Of a DNA stretch of 64,000 nt, positions 27,601-40,923 are shown piece after piece. The translations under genes and the position numbers were made by a program. The DNA comes from Chlorokybus atmophyticus. Lineage: Eukaryota; Plantae; Mesostigma and Chlorokybus algae. How positions within the stretch are numbered: the stretch's first letter is position 1; every line of letters begins with the position of its first letter. The DNA is taken from positions 645,378-709,377 of the forward strand of contig RHPI01002069.1 of assembly GCA_009103225.1 (NCBI GenBank). The letters run 5' to 3'. The notes beneath the pieces were generated by a model. It did not search any database. It was not told the origin of the DNA and worked only from the letters and a program-made list of their open reading frames with translations.

Positions 27601-30600
27601 GCCATCCTCTTGAACTGTGCTTGCAAGCTGTTTTGTTGACTGTGATGCGGGCAAATTTGCAGACGCTCTGCCACTATGGCTGCGCCGCATGGAACGAGTC
27701 CGAGGTGTCGACTGCTCCATTGCTTCATCAGATGCGTCAAAGAACTCGTCTTCATCCTCATTCTCCATGTCGCCGCCTTGCATGTGCAGCGGCTCATCAA
27801 TGCCGGTGTCCTGAGGTATGCTGGCACGCACAAACAGGATGTCCGGACGAACAGAGCAAGCCAAGTAGCGGCAAGTAGGTGCCACATGCCCATGGAACAA
27901 GTCTTCAATCAGCAAGGAGCGTACAGCGGCACTCAGCACAAGGTCCTGGGGTCGCACACCTAGCGTAATCTGGCAAGAACTCCCAGATTGTAAATGTAAA
28001 TGCGATGTGTAGCAACATCTGTTCTCGAACCTACACCTCTGCAACCCTTTGCGCACATATGGGCTCTCTACATTATACAGGATGTGCTGTTTGCAAGCAG
28101 ACAAAAAAGTAACAACTAACCTTGCCACCAGAAGCTGTTAGCTGCGCGAGGGGTGTTTCTGAACCTTCCCCAGCCTGCATGCCACTGCATCAATAGCATG
28201 AACTCAACAGCACGTGCCACCTCAACCCAACACTGAAGCACAGCTTACCGAACCGCTGACATTGAGGGTCAACTCGTCCAGTGAACCTGTCAGTGCAAAT
28301 GATGTACGAGTTGCTGGATTGTATCCACTGCTGAACTGCAACGCGGCATCGGAGTTGGACGCATGCATGAATGAAGGTAACCTCTCAGCCTGCCACCATC
28401 AATACAGTACTCATACAACTGCATCAGCATGGTTGCATCGCGTCACAGGCAACATGTGGCACACTGTTGGTCTGCCTACCTTGCGTTCATCTTGCAACCT
28501 AGTTAAGTGCCTCAGCCAAGCACTTCGACTATGGTCATCATCCAGTTGCAACAAAAATGCACTGCGGGATTCAGCGACCTGCATGCCAACATGTTAACCC
28601 GCAGCTGGCGTAAAGCACTTGCTTGATGTTATGTCGTCAGAAAAATAACGGCAAGCACTTTTGGAGTCCGGCAGCAGCTTTGATGACAGATACCTTGCTG
28701 ACGTCTTTGCTGTTCCAGATTGCTACAACGTTCTGACAACCTGCGACTCGCTCTGGAGGCACAGGGAACACATACTTGCCAATCAAGCTGCCAACCAAGA
28801 CAAGTTAGCATGTGTGTCACTTCAACTCACTGTAAGTAGTGTTTCTTTGTGCGCATGCGCCAAGCGTTGGTGCATGCAAGCACAACAGGATCATCACACG
28901 TTCTCACAACATCACCCTCACCTAATGTACTCCAGGTACGTTGGGGCGTCTTGCTTTGACAACAAGTATAGGTATGGCCCTGATAGAATTGCCCATCTTG
29001 ACTGCCATATGGTGTTACGAGACCCAAGACCCTGCAGACGACAAGATGAAGCGCTATTCTTACCCCCCAAGTAAGTGGATGCATGTCATGTGTGGAGCAA
29101 GAGCTACCCTTACCCCCCAAGTAAGCATGCGAAGTTGCCCGGAGAACTCGGATGTCTCCCACAATCTGCTACTTGGGGAGTCTACATCCTGACCATCCTC
29201 CGTTGAGGTGTTTAATATAACGTTCACCACTTGCATGATGTGCTTGTATCGAACTGGAGAGAAGTGAAAACGAACACAGGGCAGCTGCACGTCCAGGCGC
29301 ACGGACGCAAGCTGTGGCTGCTGCATGCGAAGCTGCCAAGACGAACCCAAGGGTTGGTCACATCCGCATCGCAGCAGAAGTGTCTAACATATAAGACGAC
29401 AACTTCTGGCACTAGTAACATACCAGGCCAAGGCGGAGAACCATCCCGCAGCGACCCAGCACAGGCAGTAGCTCCCATGTGTCTCGTGGTGCTTGCTTGT
29501 CAATGTCAGATCTTGAGGTCTCGTCGGAAACAAGCTGGGTAAGGGTAGGCAACTCTGCCCAGAGCTCATCATCTGCTGCAGAGCTTCTGCAAAAGAACCC
29601 GCATATCTCGCTGCCTTGTAGCTTAAAGCACTCGTACATATCTGCTTCACTAGGAGACAGCCCCAATTCCACAGCCTGCTCAGAAAAGGACCAGTTTTTG
29701 CTCCTGCACACAAACAAACAGGCGGCTGCAATGGCTGGCAAGAAATATGGTACCGGTTCTGAGTCAAGCCTGAAGTGCCCCAAGTCGAGGAACAGGCGTG
29801 TTGCTGGTGTGCCCGGTGCTGAATCATTGAGGGGAACTGCTATCTTGGGTGCACTGATGTCCAGATGGACAACAAACCTGACAGCAATGAAGTGAGCACG
29901 GCATGCCAGCACAATGCAATCGTGTCCAGCACAGATGGTCATAAAGTCTAAGAATGTAGTAGGTGTGTTCTACGAACCGCTTTTGCTCCTTCAGTGCCGT
30001 TTGCAATGACTCCACAGCGTTCTTGCGTGCTTCTTCCAACTGTTGCAAGGGAAGACAGCTTAAATAACTGCGCTGTCCAAAAGGCAGACCACTGATTACC
30101 TGCAACGCGGCAGAAGCCTGCAGCTTCACCAAATGCTTGTCTTCGCCAGCCCTCTTGAAAAACTCCAACATGGAATCCAGCTGCTGCCGCTCGATCTGGA
30201 CGCATTCACACGTATTGATACCGAAACCCATAAAGCGTGCAGCCTTCCCATTCGATACTCAATCAACAACTGCACCTTGACATATAGTGGAGCCAGCGTC
30301 GCTGATACCATGCCATCAGCTTCAATGTCAAATGGCTTATGTACATAGGTCACGTCAACAACAGCGTCATACCCCACACGCTGACCAGCCTGCGAGTGGA
30401 CAAAACGAACTGCTCAGCAGTAGCTTTACATGCTAGCCATTTCAGGTGAAGCGTTCTGTGACAACACCTGCAGCCCATTGCAGGACGCTGTTTTGGAGAA
30501 CAAAACCTGTCAAATGTGCAACATGATACCTTGACAAGCTCGCCTGATGGTGTGAGTACGCCGTATGATGCGGTTTTGACATGAACACCAACTGTGGATG

Positions 30601-33600
30601 GGTACAGTCGTAGTCCAAAGAACAGCTCCTCGACGTCTGCAAAGAGGACCTGAACCTGATCTTCAGCAAGCAGCTGCATAGCTGCACGATGAACCTCGAC
30701 CGTCAGATCCACTTGCAAAGCTTTTGGATCAGCCTCTTCCGGATGGTACTCGATAAGTTCGTTCACCTGTGCAGTCAGGCAAGTTCGCTTTCCAAACTGC
30801 AGCATAAAGTGACACATCCTGATACGCTCACCTTCACCCAGTCCTGTTCAGACAAGCCTTCAATAGGCAGAGGGGCAGGCTTTGTGTCTTCTTGGCGTTT
30901 CGAATGCCTGCAGATGGTTTGAGTGAAGGCAATGCACTAAGTAAGCTCAATGAATGACTAATGACAAGACCACATAGCACATGTCCTACCCCCATGGCCA
31001 CCAACCACTGGACTTCTGAGGCTCACGAATCTTGGTTGCTTCTGTTCGGAAATGGGCTAAACCCCTGGCAGGTATGACATGTGTGGCGTGTATGATGGGA
31101 ACGGAAGCAGAAGCACAGAACAAGAAGCATTACGCAAGAGACAACAAGCATTGGCAGGAGAAAATGCTGGTACCTGAATATGACAATCACGTCATAGTCT
31201 AGGATGCGGTCAAGTTCTAACAACTCCGCAGGCTTGCTTGACTTTGCTGACGTTGACGTTGACAAGTGCGCTGCATACAAATCGACATACTTCTTTCTGT
31301 ACATGACAAACTCTTCAATCTTCTCCCAGGACACATCTCTCCTGCCAGATAAACGACGCCATATGATATTGCGCAATCATTGATGCATCGTGCTCTTGTG
31401 CTAACATGCCTAGCGTGCATTGACAGCCAGAGTATAGCACGTGAAGTGGAGGAACAAATGTCAGCAGTGCATAAGCGGTTGCAAGCTGACCTTGCATAGC
31501 CAGTCTGACGCAGAACCGCATGCGCTGAAAAGCGCCACCATGCTGGAGCATTGCCTTTTACCGAGTGCATAGGATGAATGTCAACGAACTGGGATCGCTG
31601 AGAGTAAGTGGCGATCATGTCGACAAGCTTGAATATGTCCCTGTATTGCTCCTGCCCAAGTGCTATCGTAAAGACATCACTACCAAAAGAGCGTCACAAA
31701 GCACTGTGACCACTCCAGGTGCATTACCTTGCTGAGGCTTAGCGCAACTTGATCGAACCTAAGCTTCGCTTGGTTCTTAGCATCAGAGACATTTGGCTTT
31801 TGACTGGAGGGCGATCTGCGGTAGAGCATGGTGGCCGCGACTGGCAAAAGCAGGTAGTGTGACTCGTGCTGTAAGGCTGCCGCCACAGCAGTCTCACCGT
31901 GTTCTGTACTGACCTGCAGCACACAACACTGTCAGGGACGCTCTTAAGTAGTACTTGGTTCCTGCATTACGTATGTGAGACAATTTACTTGTTTGGCAAC
32001 TTTGGTTGCCAGAGTCATGTCTTCGAACCCGGTTTCCTCCACTGTTTCTAACACAGAAATTGCACCTGTCTTTTGGCCAGTGACCCTGGGCAAGAATAAC
32101 TGCAGGCACACAAGGTGGTCAGCAATCAGCCTGCCCAAGGAAAACAGGAAGCTCATGGCTATAAATACCTCACTCCAATCCTCTGGCGTTAAATCGCCCC
32201 ATGCCTTACGCAGGCGCCATGGGCGTCTCTCTGAGTCCACATAGGCCGCAAGGCGGCTCAACTCCGCTTTCTACAAGGACTCAAGCGTCAGTGGACAGCT
32301 GGTGCACACATCTCGTGCTGGCAATATATGCTAACCATTTGCTTTACCTTGCGCGCCGCGCCCGTCGTGTTTTGAACAAATGTCTCGCTACCCGCCTCAT
32401 CCACAGTAACCGCAGAGAGCTTTTCCAGGGTGACACCCATGGCAAATGGATGTCCAGGATTACTGCAACGGGACAACAACATAATGACGTCGCATGCTGT
32501 TGGCGACTACTACTTGCCGATTTGCATCGCCGGCAGCAGTCATGCAAACGACAGGCACACCCCATAGCACAGTAGTGGGCGCAATACCTCACCAGTAGCA
32601 TGGTCTTGCATCAACATGCTGAGACCAATCAATGACTAACCTTTCGGTATCCTCATATCGAATATGTACATTGGTTATGGACAGCTGCAAGTTTGCCACC
32701 ACAGTACTCACAAGGGATGTAATCCAGGAGACTTTCTGCATACGCGAAAGCAAACGTGACAAAGCAACCACGCATGACAACGTGAGCTAGGTTCAAGCAA
32801 ACTCGTGTACTACCTGTACACTGTTGGGATCAGGAACTTCTCCATGCTGTTTTGACTTGGAATTGAGCCAAGCAACCTCCGCGTCCTGCATAAGAATGCG
32901 CAATAAGCAAAACAATGCCACACCATTGCCATCATTTGGCCAGTAAAGTAGTTGCTTACCTCCACTCGGCGCAGCTTCCGCTGAATCAGAGCTTCAAGCT
33001 CTTCCTCAGTCTATACGAGTGAGCACTGTCAGGGCTTGACCCTACCAACTGCATCGCATCGGTCACAAAACTGGTATTTATGCACCTGTGCCGCTTCAGG
33101 AGCTTTGTTGGGCTCGGCCAAGATAAAGATGCGGTCCAAGCGCACAATCACAGGCTCTCGACCCAAGCGTGACCATGGCACCTGCAGAACCCATGCAAAC
33201 AGTTACAGCACTTGCACACCTGCAGAACCAGTGCGTTTAGCAAGCAAACGTACACTGAGCCGAACAGATCCCAGGAAGCCAGCTTTTACAGTGATGGGAA
33301 GCTTTAGGGCGTTTAGCGCCTCCTTCTTGAGTGACAAATTCTTCAGGACAACATCACCTGCTCAAGATGGTGGTCACAGCCATTGTGAAAACGCATACTT
33401 TACTAGCTGTTTTTGTGGTCGGATGCTGACAGTTGGCATGACCGCAGTCCAAAGCAACTCACCGGCCAACACGCTTATAGACAGCGCCTTGTCGTCCAAG
33501 CCAACAACATACTGCCCAAGGTACTTGCGCAGCAGTTGCAGAACCTGATAGGTGGGATGTCAGAGGCTAGCACACAGCTCAAAAGCATCAACGTTGTTTA

Positions 33601-33937
33601 TTGTCGGTCATTACAAACTACATGTCAACCATAATCTGCTGCAATACAACATGGAAGCATATACAGCTGTGCAACAAGCATGGTGGCGCAGCATTGTGCC
33701 CATGCAGATGAAGAACAGACGCACACAAGCATAGGCGCGTATGCTTTGCAAATCTACATGTCCAACAAATGCAGTTACATCACGGATGCTCACACAGCTG
33801 TTGCAATAAGCATGGTGGCGCAGCACTGTCCATGCCGAAGCAAACAGCAGCACACAAGCAGATCAACGCGTATGCTCCTCTACTTGCACAGCGCTGACAA
33901 GCAACCCCTTGACAGTACCAACCTGCGCTTCAAACAT
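12689..33937 (-). CDS. VPS13: VPS13 bridge-like lipid transfer protein, plant VPS13M type (Chorein-N, PH, VPS62-like repeats, C2, DysF/peroxin, VAB/SHR-BD, APT1/ATG2_C, C-terminal VPS62-like)
   Basis: Start MFEAQ (33937-33923) then VLQLLRKYLGQYV..., LPITVKAGFLGSV, ITNVHIRYED, SIWRPQPPPGYRILGD, EVFENQRYIPIKGWG, EWRVE..DKEGWCYA..DFVRRRRWVR, KSIFRGVTGVVTKPVEGA, SIWRPVCPEG. Stop TAG at 12691-12689. Dozens of short introns; not every exon boundary was checked. Confidence 0.95.
16381..16570. repeat. Poly-G tract with a 143-N assembly gap (16405-16547) in a VPS13 intron
   Basis: At least 24 G before the gap and G-rich sequence after it. Confidence 0.95.
29059..29125. repeat. 17-bp direct repeat (period 50) duplicating a VPS13 5' splice site
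   Basis: CTTACCCCCCAAGTAAG at 29059-29075 and 29109-29125; on the sense (-) strand each reads CTTACTTGGGGG|GTAAG. Confidence 0.9.
33663..33900. repeat. Diverged tandem duplication (~131-bp period) in the first coding intron of VPS13
   Basis: ACAGCTGT..GCAA.AAGCATGGTGGCGCAGCA...CACACAAGCA...CGCGTATGCT occurs near 33663 and again near 33794. Confidence 0.85.
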
Positions 33938-34301
33938 GCTGACAGCAGAAGCACCAGGCGCGGCGAGCAGCAGGTGTCAACCGCAGTCGCATGTCAACTC
34001 CGGGAAGCATCCCACCAGCAGCATCTTCAATGCAGCGCAGCCACCACGCTACAACTGCGCCAACCTCGCTTCTGCACCTGCTGCCTACCTCAATTGCGCC
34101 GCAGTCCTCCCCGCCGGCCCGGCCGCTTCCGCCACACCGTCGTCGGCATAAGCTTGAGGTTAAGCTGAGCGCATGCAACCCGCTACACGCTGAGCTTGCA
34201 GTGTACCGCCACGTGGAAGCATAGTGGGAAATGTGTCGAGTGCAACCCTAAAGTTGAAAATGCAAGCTTTGGGGTGTTGGCGACAAACGCATTGTCGGCA
34301 T

Positions 34302-34490
34302 GCTGCTGGGAGGCGGTGTCATGCTTGGCGGGAGGGAGGGTCGGAGACGATGAGGGCGTAGTGGGAGGAGAAAGTGGGGAGAGGCAGCCAAAGCTGCTGG
34401 GCGGCAGTGTCATGCTGGGCGGGAGGGAGGCTGGGAGGCGATGAGGGCGTAGTGGGAGGAGAAAGTGGGGAGAGGCAGCTGAAGCTGCTG
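34302..34490. repeat. Purine-rich tandem duplication, 91-bp period, just upstream of the TWD40-1 ATG
   Basis: GCTGCTGGG at 34302 and 34393; ATGAGGGCGTAGTGGGAGGAGAAAGTGGGGAGAGGCAGC at 34350 and 34441. Confidence 0.93.
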
Positions 34491-34503
34491 CTACTGCAGC
34501 CGC

Positions 34504-37500
34504 ATGGAGTTTGGGTGGGTCGGGGCAGTCGACGCCCGACCGCTCGCGGTTGCTGGGGCGCAGGGCGGCGGTGCTGCCAGAGGGAGGCTGCCAACCGTCC
34601 GTTGCGCAGCCTTCCACCCGACGCTGCCTCTGCTTTCGCTTGCTGTTGGCAGCAAAGTCGCAGGTATTGCATGCGCAGTGCCTACTACGCGGGTTGTGTG
34701 CTGCTTGCCTGGGTTGAAGTTTGTACGTGTAGCAGGGGAATAGTCGGAATACTTGTCAGCACAGCACAGCACTGTTGTGCAGTTGTGCGCATTTGGTGGA
34801 ACGCGCTTGATTCAGGCATGTCGACGATGCATGTCGGCTATGAGCCGTGCAGTGAACCCGTGCAATAAACTACTAAGTGAGACTGTTACTGATTACGTGC
34901 ATCATTGTTTGGTGCAGAGTACGATGTGCCTAGTGGCGCAAAGCTGGCAGAGATTGACTTGGGAGGCAATGCAGTCCGCATTATTTACAACAGCACTGAG
35001 GACCACCGTCTCATCGCAGTGCTAGAGGTCTGTGCTATGCTTGCAGCTGCAAACAATACTAGAATGATGACCTGCGCGGCATTTATCTTTTCTCATGTGC
35101 TACAGGACCGCTTAGTCAAGTCTTGGGACTTCCAGACACAGCGCCTGGACACTTTGCATATCCCAGTTCCCAAAAAGAAGGAAGCTCTTGTCAAGCTTAC
35201 AGACGTGCACGTAGCGGTTATGCACCAGAAGCCTTTAATGTTTTATGTGCCTGATCGCAAGAGCACCATCATGGTTGTGGGCACTCTCCCCGGTGTTTTT
35301 TCTGGACAAAAGCTGAAGCTCGAGTACAAGAAGAAAGTTACGGCGCTTGCTTGCCATCCCAGGGCCCCAATCTTGGCTGTTGCGTACTTGACTGCAGCTG
35401 TACGCTTATATCGACTCGAGACAACAATGGTACTTCATGCGTCCTTCTCGGTCTCAGCAGCGGGCAGCAAGAAGTTGCCATATGGCACCGCCATTGCATT
35501 CCATCCCAATGGTGCTGTTGTGTTTCTTGGCGATGCCAGTGGCATGATAAGTGCTTGGCAGTTTTCTGCCACACCCCGACCACTCTGCAGGCAAGCTGAC
35601 ATGCTGTTTATTTGAAGTGTCCATTGCAATGATTGATAGATGCGATGCGAACGTCACATGTACAGTGTGCAGATACCAGGTGGAGCGTGTTGCTCGCTTG
35701 CCTTTCACTCCACTTTCCAAACGCTAGTCTCCCTTTCAAGTGCCGGAGTGCTGAGCACATGGTACTTGAGTGCAACCGCTGAGAAGAAGTTCAAACTCGA
35801 GGCAGCAGGTGAGCACTGAAGTCGCCGTTATGTATCACAGAAAGTTCACAGCACTGGCTTAGTGCTGTACACAGTTGTACGACATTTGCGTATAGTTGGG
35901 GCGAAGGACTTGACAGTATGCATCACTGCCCGGTGTGGGGCACTTGCTTGGCTATCGCACATCTGCTAAGTAGATGACATAGTGCATGAAAGCATGTCTC
36001 CACTGCATGCTCATTGGTGCTGTATCAGGGGAGCCATCAAGCACAAAGAGTCTTTTGCAGATTGGAGCATCTGCAGGCGTCATCAATGATCTCGATCTTC
36101 TCGCAAATGAGCCACCAGTTGTCAAAGGGATCAATCTGCACCCACATTTGAACCTATGTGTCCTACAGTTGGCCGCTGTTCAGGTATGTGTGAAGCAGAG
36201 CAGAAGGCCGGTGCTGTGGTTGCTGTATCTCAATGAACATGTTTGGGCAGGCTGCAGGTTCTGAGTTTGAGGTGGCAAGTTTCTTGTCAATGCGTCAATC
36301 ACAGCGCAGCTCCCAGCAGACACTCACGTCGTCTGTGCAAAGCCTAAGCCTGGATGCCAGCACTGAGCTGAAGCTTAGGGAACGCCTGAGTTCTCTTGCC
36401 CTGTCGCAGAAACCCGTCAACGTAAGCATGCAGTCGCTTGCTTCCATGAGATCAAGCAGTGTATTCAGCGTGCGCGACAGCAATGGTGCCGCATCAGTAC
36501 GCAGTGCTGCTGAGGAGCTTGTGCGATTGTTGCCGCAAGTCTGCTACTCTGTTCCCTTCCTTCGGTTGCAAGATACATGCAACCTGCTTCGGGACACTGC
36601 TATTTGCCAGCCTGTTTCACAGCGGATAAACCAGTTCGACTCCCGCTCCTTGGCAACAACATACCCCCGCCTGGTGTACTTCATGGATGCAACTTCACTC
36701 ATGGCGTTTGATGTCACAACATCGGCCATGAGTAGAGTGTTCCAGCTGGCTACTCATAGTCCTGCCGGAACATTGCGAGCGCCCGTGCGCTTGACCATTG
36801 CTGACCAGCACGCCATGGTGGTGTTCAGGAACGATGTCTCTGTAAAGGCTGCCGCCGGCAGTGCTGTTCATGAAGCGCTTGTGCTACCACATTTTGCAGA
36901 TGCAGAAAGACGCGCCCAGCAGTTTCAGGCTTCAACACCTGGCGCCAGCGATGGAACTACTCTTATTGTAAATCAAGTCAGTTTTAGCTTACTTGTCTTT
37001 GAAGATGGCGATTATGCTCAGTTGAGCTCTCTTGCTGAGGAGCCCGCAGCACAGGTCAAGATAAGTTTTGAGCGGTATCCTGTGCGACGCGTCTTTGCCA
37101 CACTGAGTGGTGCGTTCAACTGCGAACTGTTATGAAATAAATAGGTGTTGCTGCTGGAAGTTCGGTTGTACTGACTTTGCAAGTGTGTAACAGAAGGGAT
37201 GGTGTTATTTGCGGACTCGAGGCAGCTGTGGTCATACAACCTTGGTCCTGTTATTCAGTCCATGCAAGGGTCGTTAGTGCCGGCACCTGTCATTGCCAGA
37301 CCAGTGCAGCAGGGTTATCGACTGAGACTGCGAGAAACTGTGCTTCAAGTATGTGATGTCACGTAGCGTACCTGATATAGTGATGCTGAGTTTGAACGTT
37401 TTCATTGTGCGGAGTTGCATGTTATCACTTGGTTGCTGTGCCCCGACTTAGAGCGTCAAAGCCGCCTTGTTAGCTTCACTTCCTGATCATCACGTTTTAC

Positions 37501-40500
37501 CTTGTTTGCAGGTTGCTTGGCAGGAAACTTCAAAGGGAGCAGTTGTTGCCATGCTGACTACACAACGCATTACCATCCTGTCCTCCACACTTGCGCCTAT
37601 CGTTGGCACTTCAGCTTCACCAGCGCAGTTTGGCACTACGCCTTTCTTGTCTGTACTATGGGCTGGTCCTGCTCTCTTCTTCACAACAACGTCACATGTG
37701 AAATATCTTGGCTGGGATGGAGAAGTGCGCACAATCTGCTCCCTGCATACGCAAGGCACAGGTTCGCAAGGGCTGCTGTCTCCACGAGATCATTGGCTGA
37801 ATGCTCTATGTCGTAAGAGCTTGACGCTTGCGTTGTGCAGCCCTTCTGGCAGTGCTGGAAGATCGGTTGGTGCTTGCTCATCATAGTGGCCAGAGCGCTG
37901 GGCACTCGGAAGCTCACATGCAGCAGGTTGGGCTTCTGGAGCCAGTGGTCATTGGTTGGTTGACCATGAAAGAGCATTGGGACAGCACTCTAGACGTTGA
38001 AGACAGCATCCGAGGCGTCATCAAGAAGTAAGTGGTCTTTGCAGCCGAGGATCAACATCCACAGCAGCACAACCTCTCACACATTCCTTGGTCTTGGGCA
38101 GGTTTGATGCGCGTCGTGTTTCAACATCTGTCCTGGACTTACTATGTGAGGCCGGTTTGGCATCATTGGCATTGGAGGTAAGAAATTTCCATGTTGCATT
38201 CTACCAGTGACCATCAGCATCTTGGTTTAGTAGTAAAAAGTTGACACATTGCCTTGACCTTTACACCGTGCAGTTGGCAACTGAAGGCCCACAATTCACC
38301 AAGCTGCAGCGATTTGACTGCGCCGTTGCAGCACATCGCATTGAGACAGCTTTGCAAATACTTCTGGACGAGTGGCAGCATACTCCGGACTATCCTCATC
38401 TGCATCCAGCATCACCTCTTTATGCGCGCTTCAAGGACTTTGCAGCTGTGTGCGTGCAGCATGGACAGTTTCAAGCTGCACACAAATGCTACAGCATCAT
38501 CCGCGACTTGGAGGCCCTTTATGAGTTGGGGCTTTGTGATCGAAATGGCAGCTTACTGCAGGCAAGTGTGCATGCCAATGAGCAGTTTGCATATTGCAAA
38601 GGATCTCGCAGTATTCAAGGGACTTGCATGAATTGATGACATGTGTTCAATGTCAGGACGTGAAGTCAAAGCTGCAGCCATCAGTTTCTGAGAGTACGCA
38701 AGGAGACCGTGCAGGGGAAGGGTTCTTCCCTTGGCAGCTGGAGGGATGCAGAGATATGCCAAGCCTGGCGGATGCTTTCATCAATCGTGCAAGAGCACAG
38801 GGCTTAGTGGCACCGGGACAGCTGCCGTCAATTGCAAACTGGCCAATGTCCGTGGATCAGAAAGAGTGGGGTGTGTCGCCAGACACATTAGTGCACATGC
38901 GCACCGGCCTAGCAATAGGAGAGGGTCCAACTACCGTCCCTGCTGCTCAAGCTGACAATGTCTGGCACTATCTGGGCGCTGTGTCACCCAACATCAGCAC
39001 GAGCATCGATGGCACTGCTCCTGCTGCTGCAGCTGCAATGAATGGAGCTATAGCGCGGACAAGCATGGACTGGTCAGCCAATGCAAGTGTGCTGTCAGTT
39101 AGCAGTTCTCAAGGCTCATTCACAGCTGGTCAGCTTGAGCCAGAAGTGCAAGATGCCAGGACCGCAGAACCTGCATCTGATGCTCAAATGAAGGCATCAC
39201 AAGAGTTTAGGCAAGGCTTTGGCGACGACACATCAAGTAGTGATGAAGAGGGTTCAGAAGCGTCCGAGGACAGCAATAAACCCAAGTTTCAGATTCGCAT
39301 CAAGAATGTCAACGAGTCGCAAGGGGTTGACGTGCAGAAGTTGCGCAGCGCAGTACAGACCATCAAGCTTGGTCCTCCATTGGCCCCAGGTGCATTGACC
39401 CTGGGTGCTCCACGCGCTGGAGGCAAGGCATCCAAGTTGTCATTTGGCAAGAAGAAACCTGCAAAAGACGACAGCAGTAGCGATGATGAGGGGCAGTCTG
39501 CACAGAGCCAGCCTTCACCCACACCCAGTGGGATGTCTATGCGCCCACCGTCTTTCACCATGCAAAGCCCCACTACCAGCTCAGATGCAACCTTCAGCAC
39601 CGGCCTTCCCAGCCCTGCTATGAGCTCGTTTCCGAGCCCGCTACCCAGTCCTGCCCCATCTATAGGCAGGCCCATGGGCATGGGTATGGGCAAGCCGATT
39701 GGCATGGGCAGGCCGATGAGTACTCCAGGCATCAGTTCTAGCTTCAGCAGCATGCGTTCGAGTGCAAGCAGTGAAGTTACTACCACAGCTGTCAGCCCAG
39801 GTGGTCTTATGCAAGGCACCAGCAGCTTCCGGCCACCTTCTCCATATCAACCGGTTGCGGTAGACCGGGAAGTTGCCATTGAACATGCAGCTGTTGAGTG
39901 GTACCGCAAGGCTGTCGGTTGCTTGGAACAAAATCAAGCCAGTGATGCCCTTATGTTCCTGCAATACGCGTTGGTGGTGTTAAAGCGTGACCTTTTTGAG
40001 GAGGGAAAGGACATCGGCACTCAAGCCAAAGCCTGCGGCCAGTACAAGGCTGCCTGCCTGTTGATGAAGGAGATGGAACGGCTTGGAAGTCAACCAGATG
40101 TTGCATCAAAACCGCAAGTAGCTCGGTTGTCTCGCTATGCTAGTGCGCTGCCACTCAACGTCACTCATCGCATCACATTCATGCGCACATGCGTGAAGCG
40201 CAACATGGAGGTGCAGAACTATGGCTTCTCTAGGCGTGTACTGGAGGTCCTTATAAGCAAGGCTCCTGTGGAGAAGCGAGCCGAGCTGCAACGCCAGATA
40301 GATGTCTGTGATGCAGCTGGCGGAGGGGATCGTTCCATCACTCCCGGTGAAGACCCCACCAAGTTTTGTATACGCACCTTTGTCCCTCTCGTTGTAGGAC
40401 AAGAGGATGGTTGGTATCGCTGCGATGTGTGCACCATGCATTTCTCTGATGTGCAGACAGAACTTGGAGGAGCGCCACCTGAGTGTGGTCACTGCGGTAT

Positions 40501-40522
40501 AGGGACGCTTGCTTTTGTGTAG
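34504..40522 (+). CDS. TWD40-1: TPLATE/TSET complex WD40 subunit TWD40-1 (TTRAY-type, COPI-alpha-like C-terminus)
   Basis: MEFGWV..CAAFHPTLPLLSLAVG|EYD..IDLG.., QVAWQETSKGAVVAMLTTQR, SSSDEEG..KFQIRIK, LEQNQASDAL..TQAKACGQYK, KRNMEVQNYGFS, and a terminal CDVC...CGHC. These are collinear with Arabidopsis TWD40-1 as remembered. Stop TAG 40520-40522. Confidence 0.9.
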
Positions 40523-40923
40523 TTGCAATATCATGTTGTCAACTGCGCATGTCTTGGACATCGTGCTGGCCGTATGCGCAACATGGTTGCCTTGTTCTAG
40601 TCGTATACCTGCAATGCCACATGCGTGCCAAGCTCTGCACATGTCGACTTGCTGTTCTGTGTTGGCAGTCCAGACCACCGGTACCTGATGGTATTGTGCT
40701 AATGTATGTCTCATGTGTGGCGTATGTGTGCAAAGAATGCAGTGGTAACATAGCAGTGGTAATGTGTATGCCTGTGTCTGTTTGCATGGCTGAGGATTGT
40801 TGGCCGCACGCAGGGTGCAATGCTGTGGCTGACACATGCCTGCACATGCACGCCATTCATACTTGCACGCTTAATGTGCACGCATGCATGCACGCACGCA
40901 GGCAGAGCGGACACGCAGCCATG

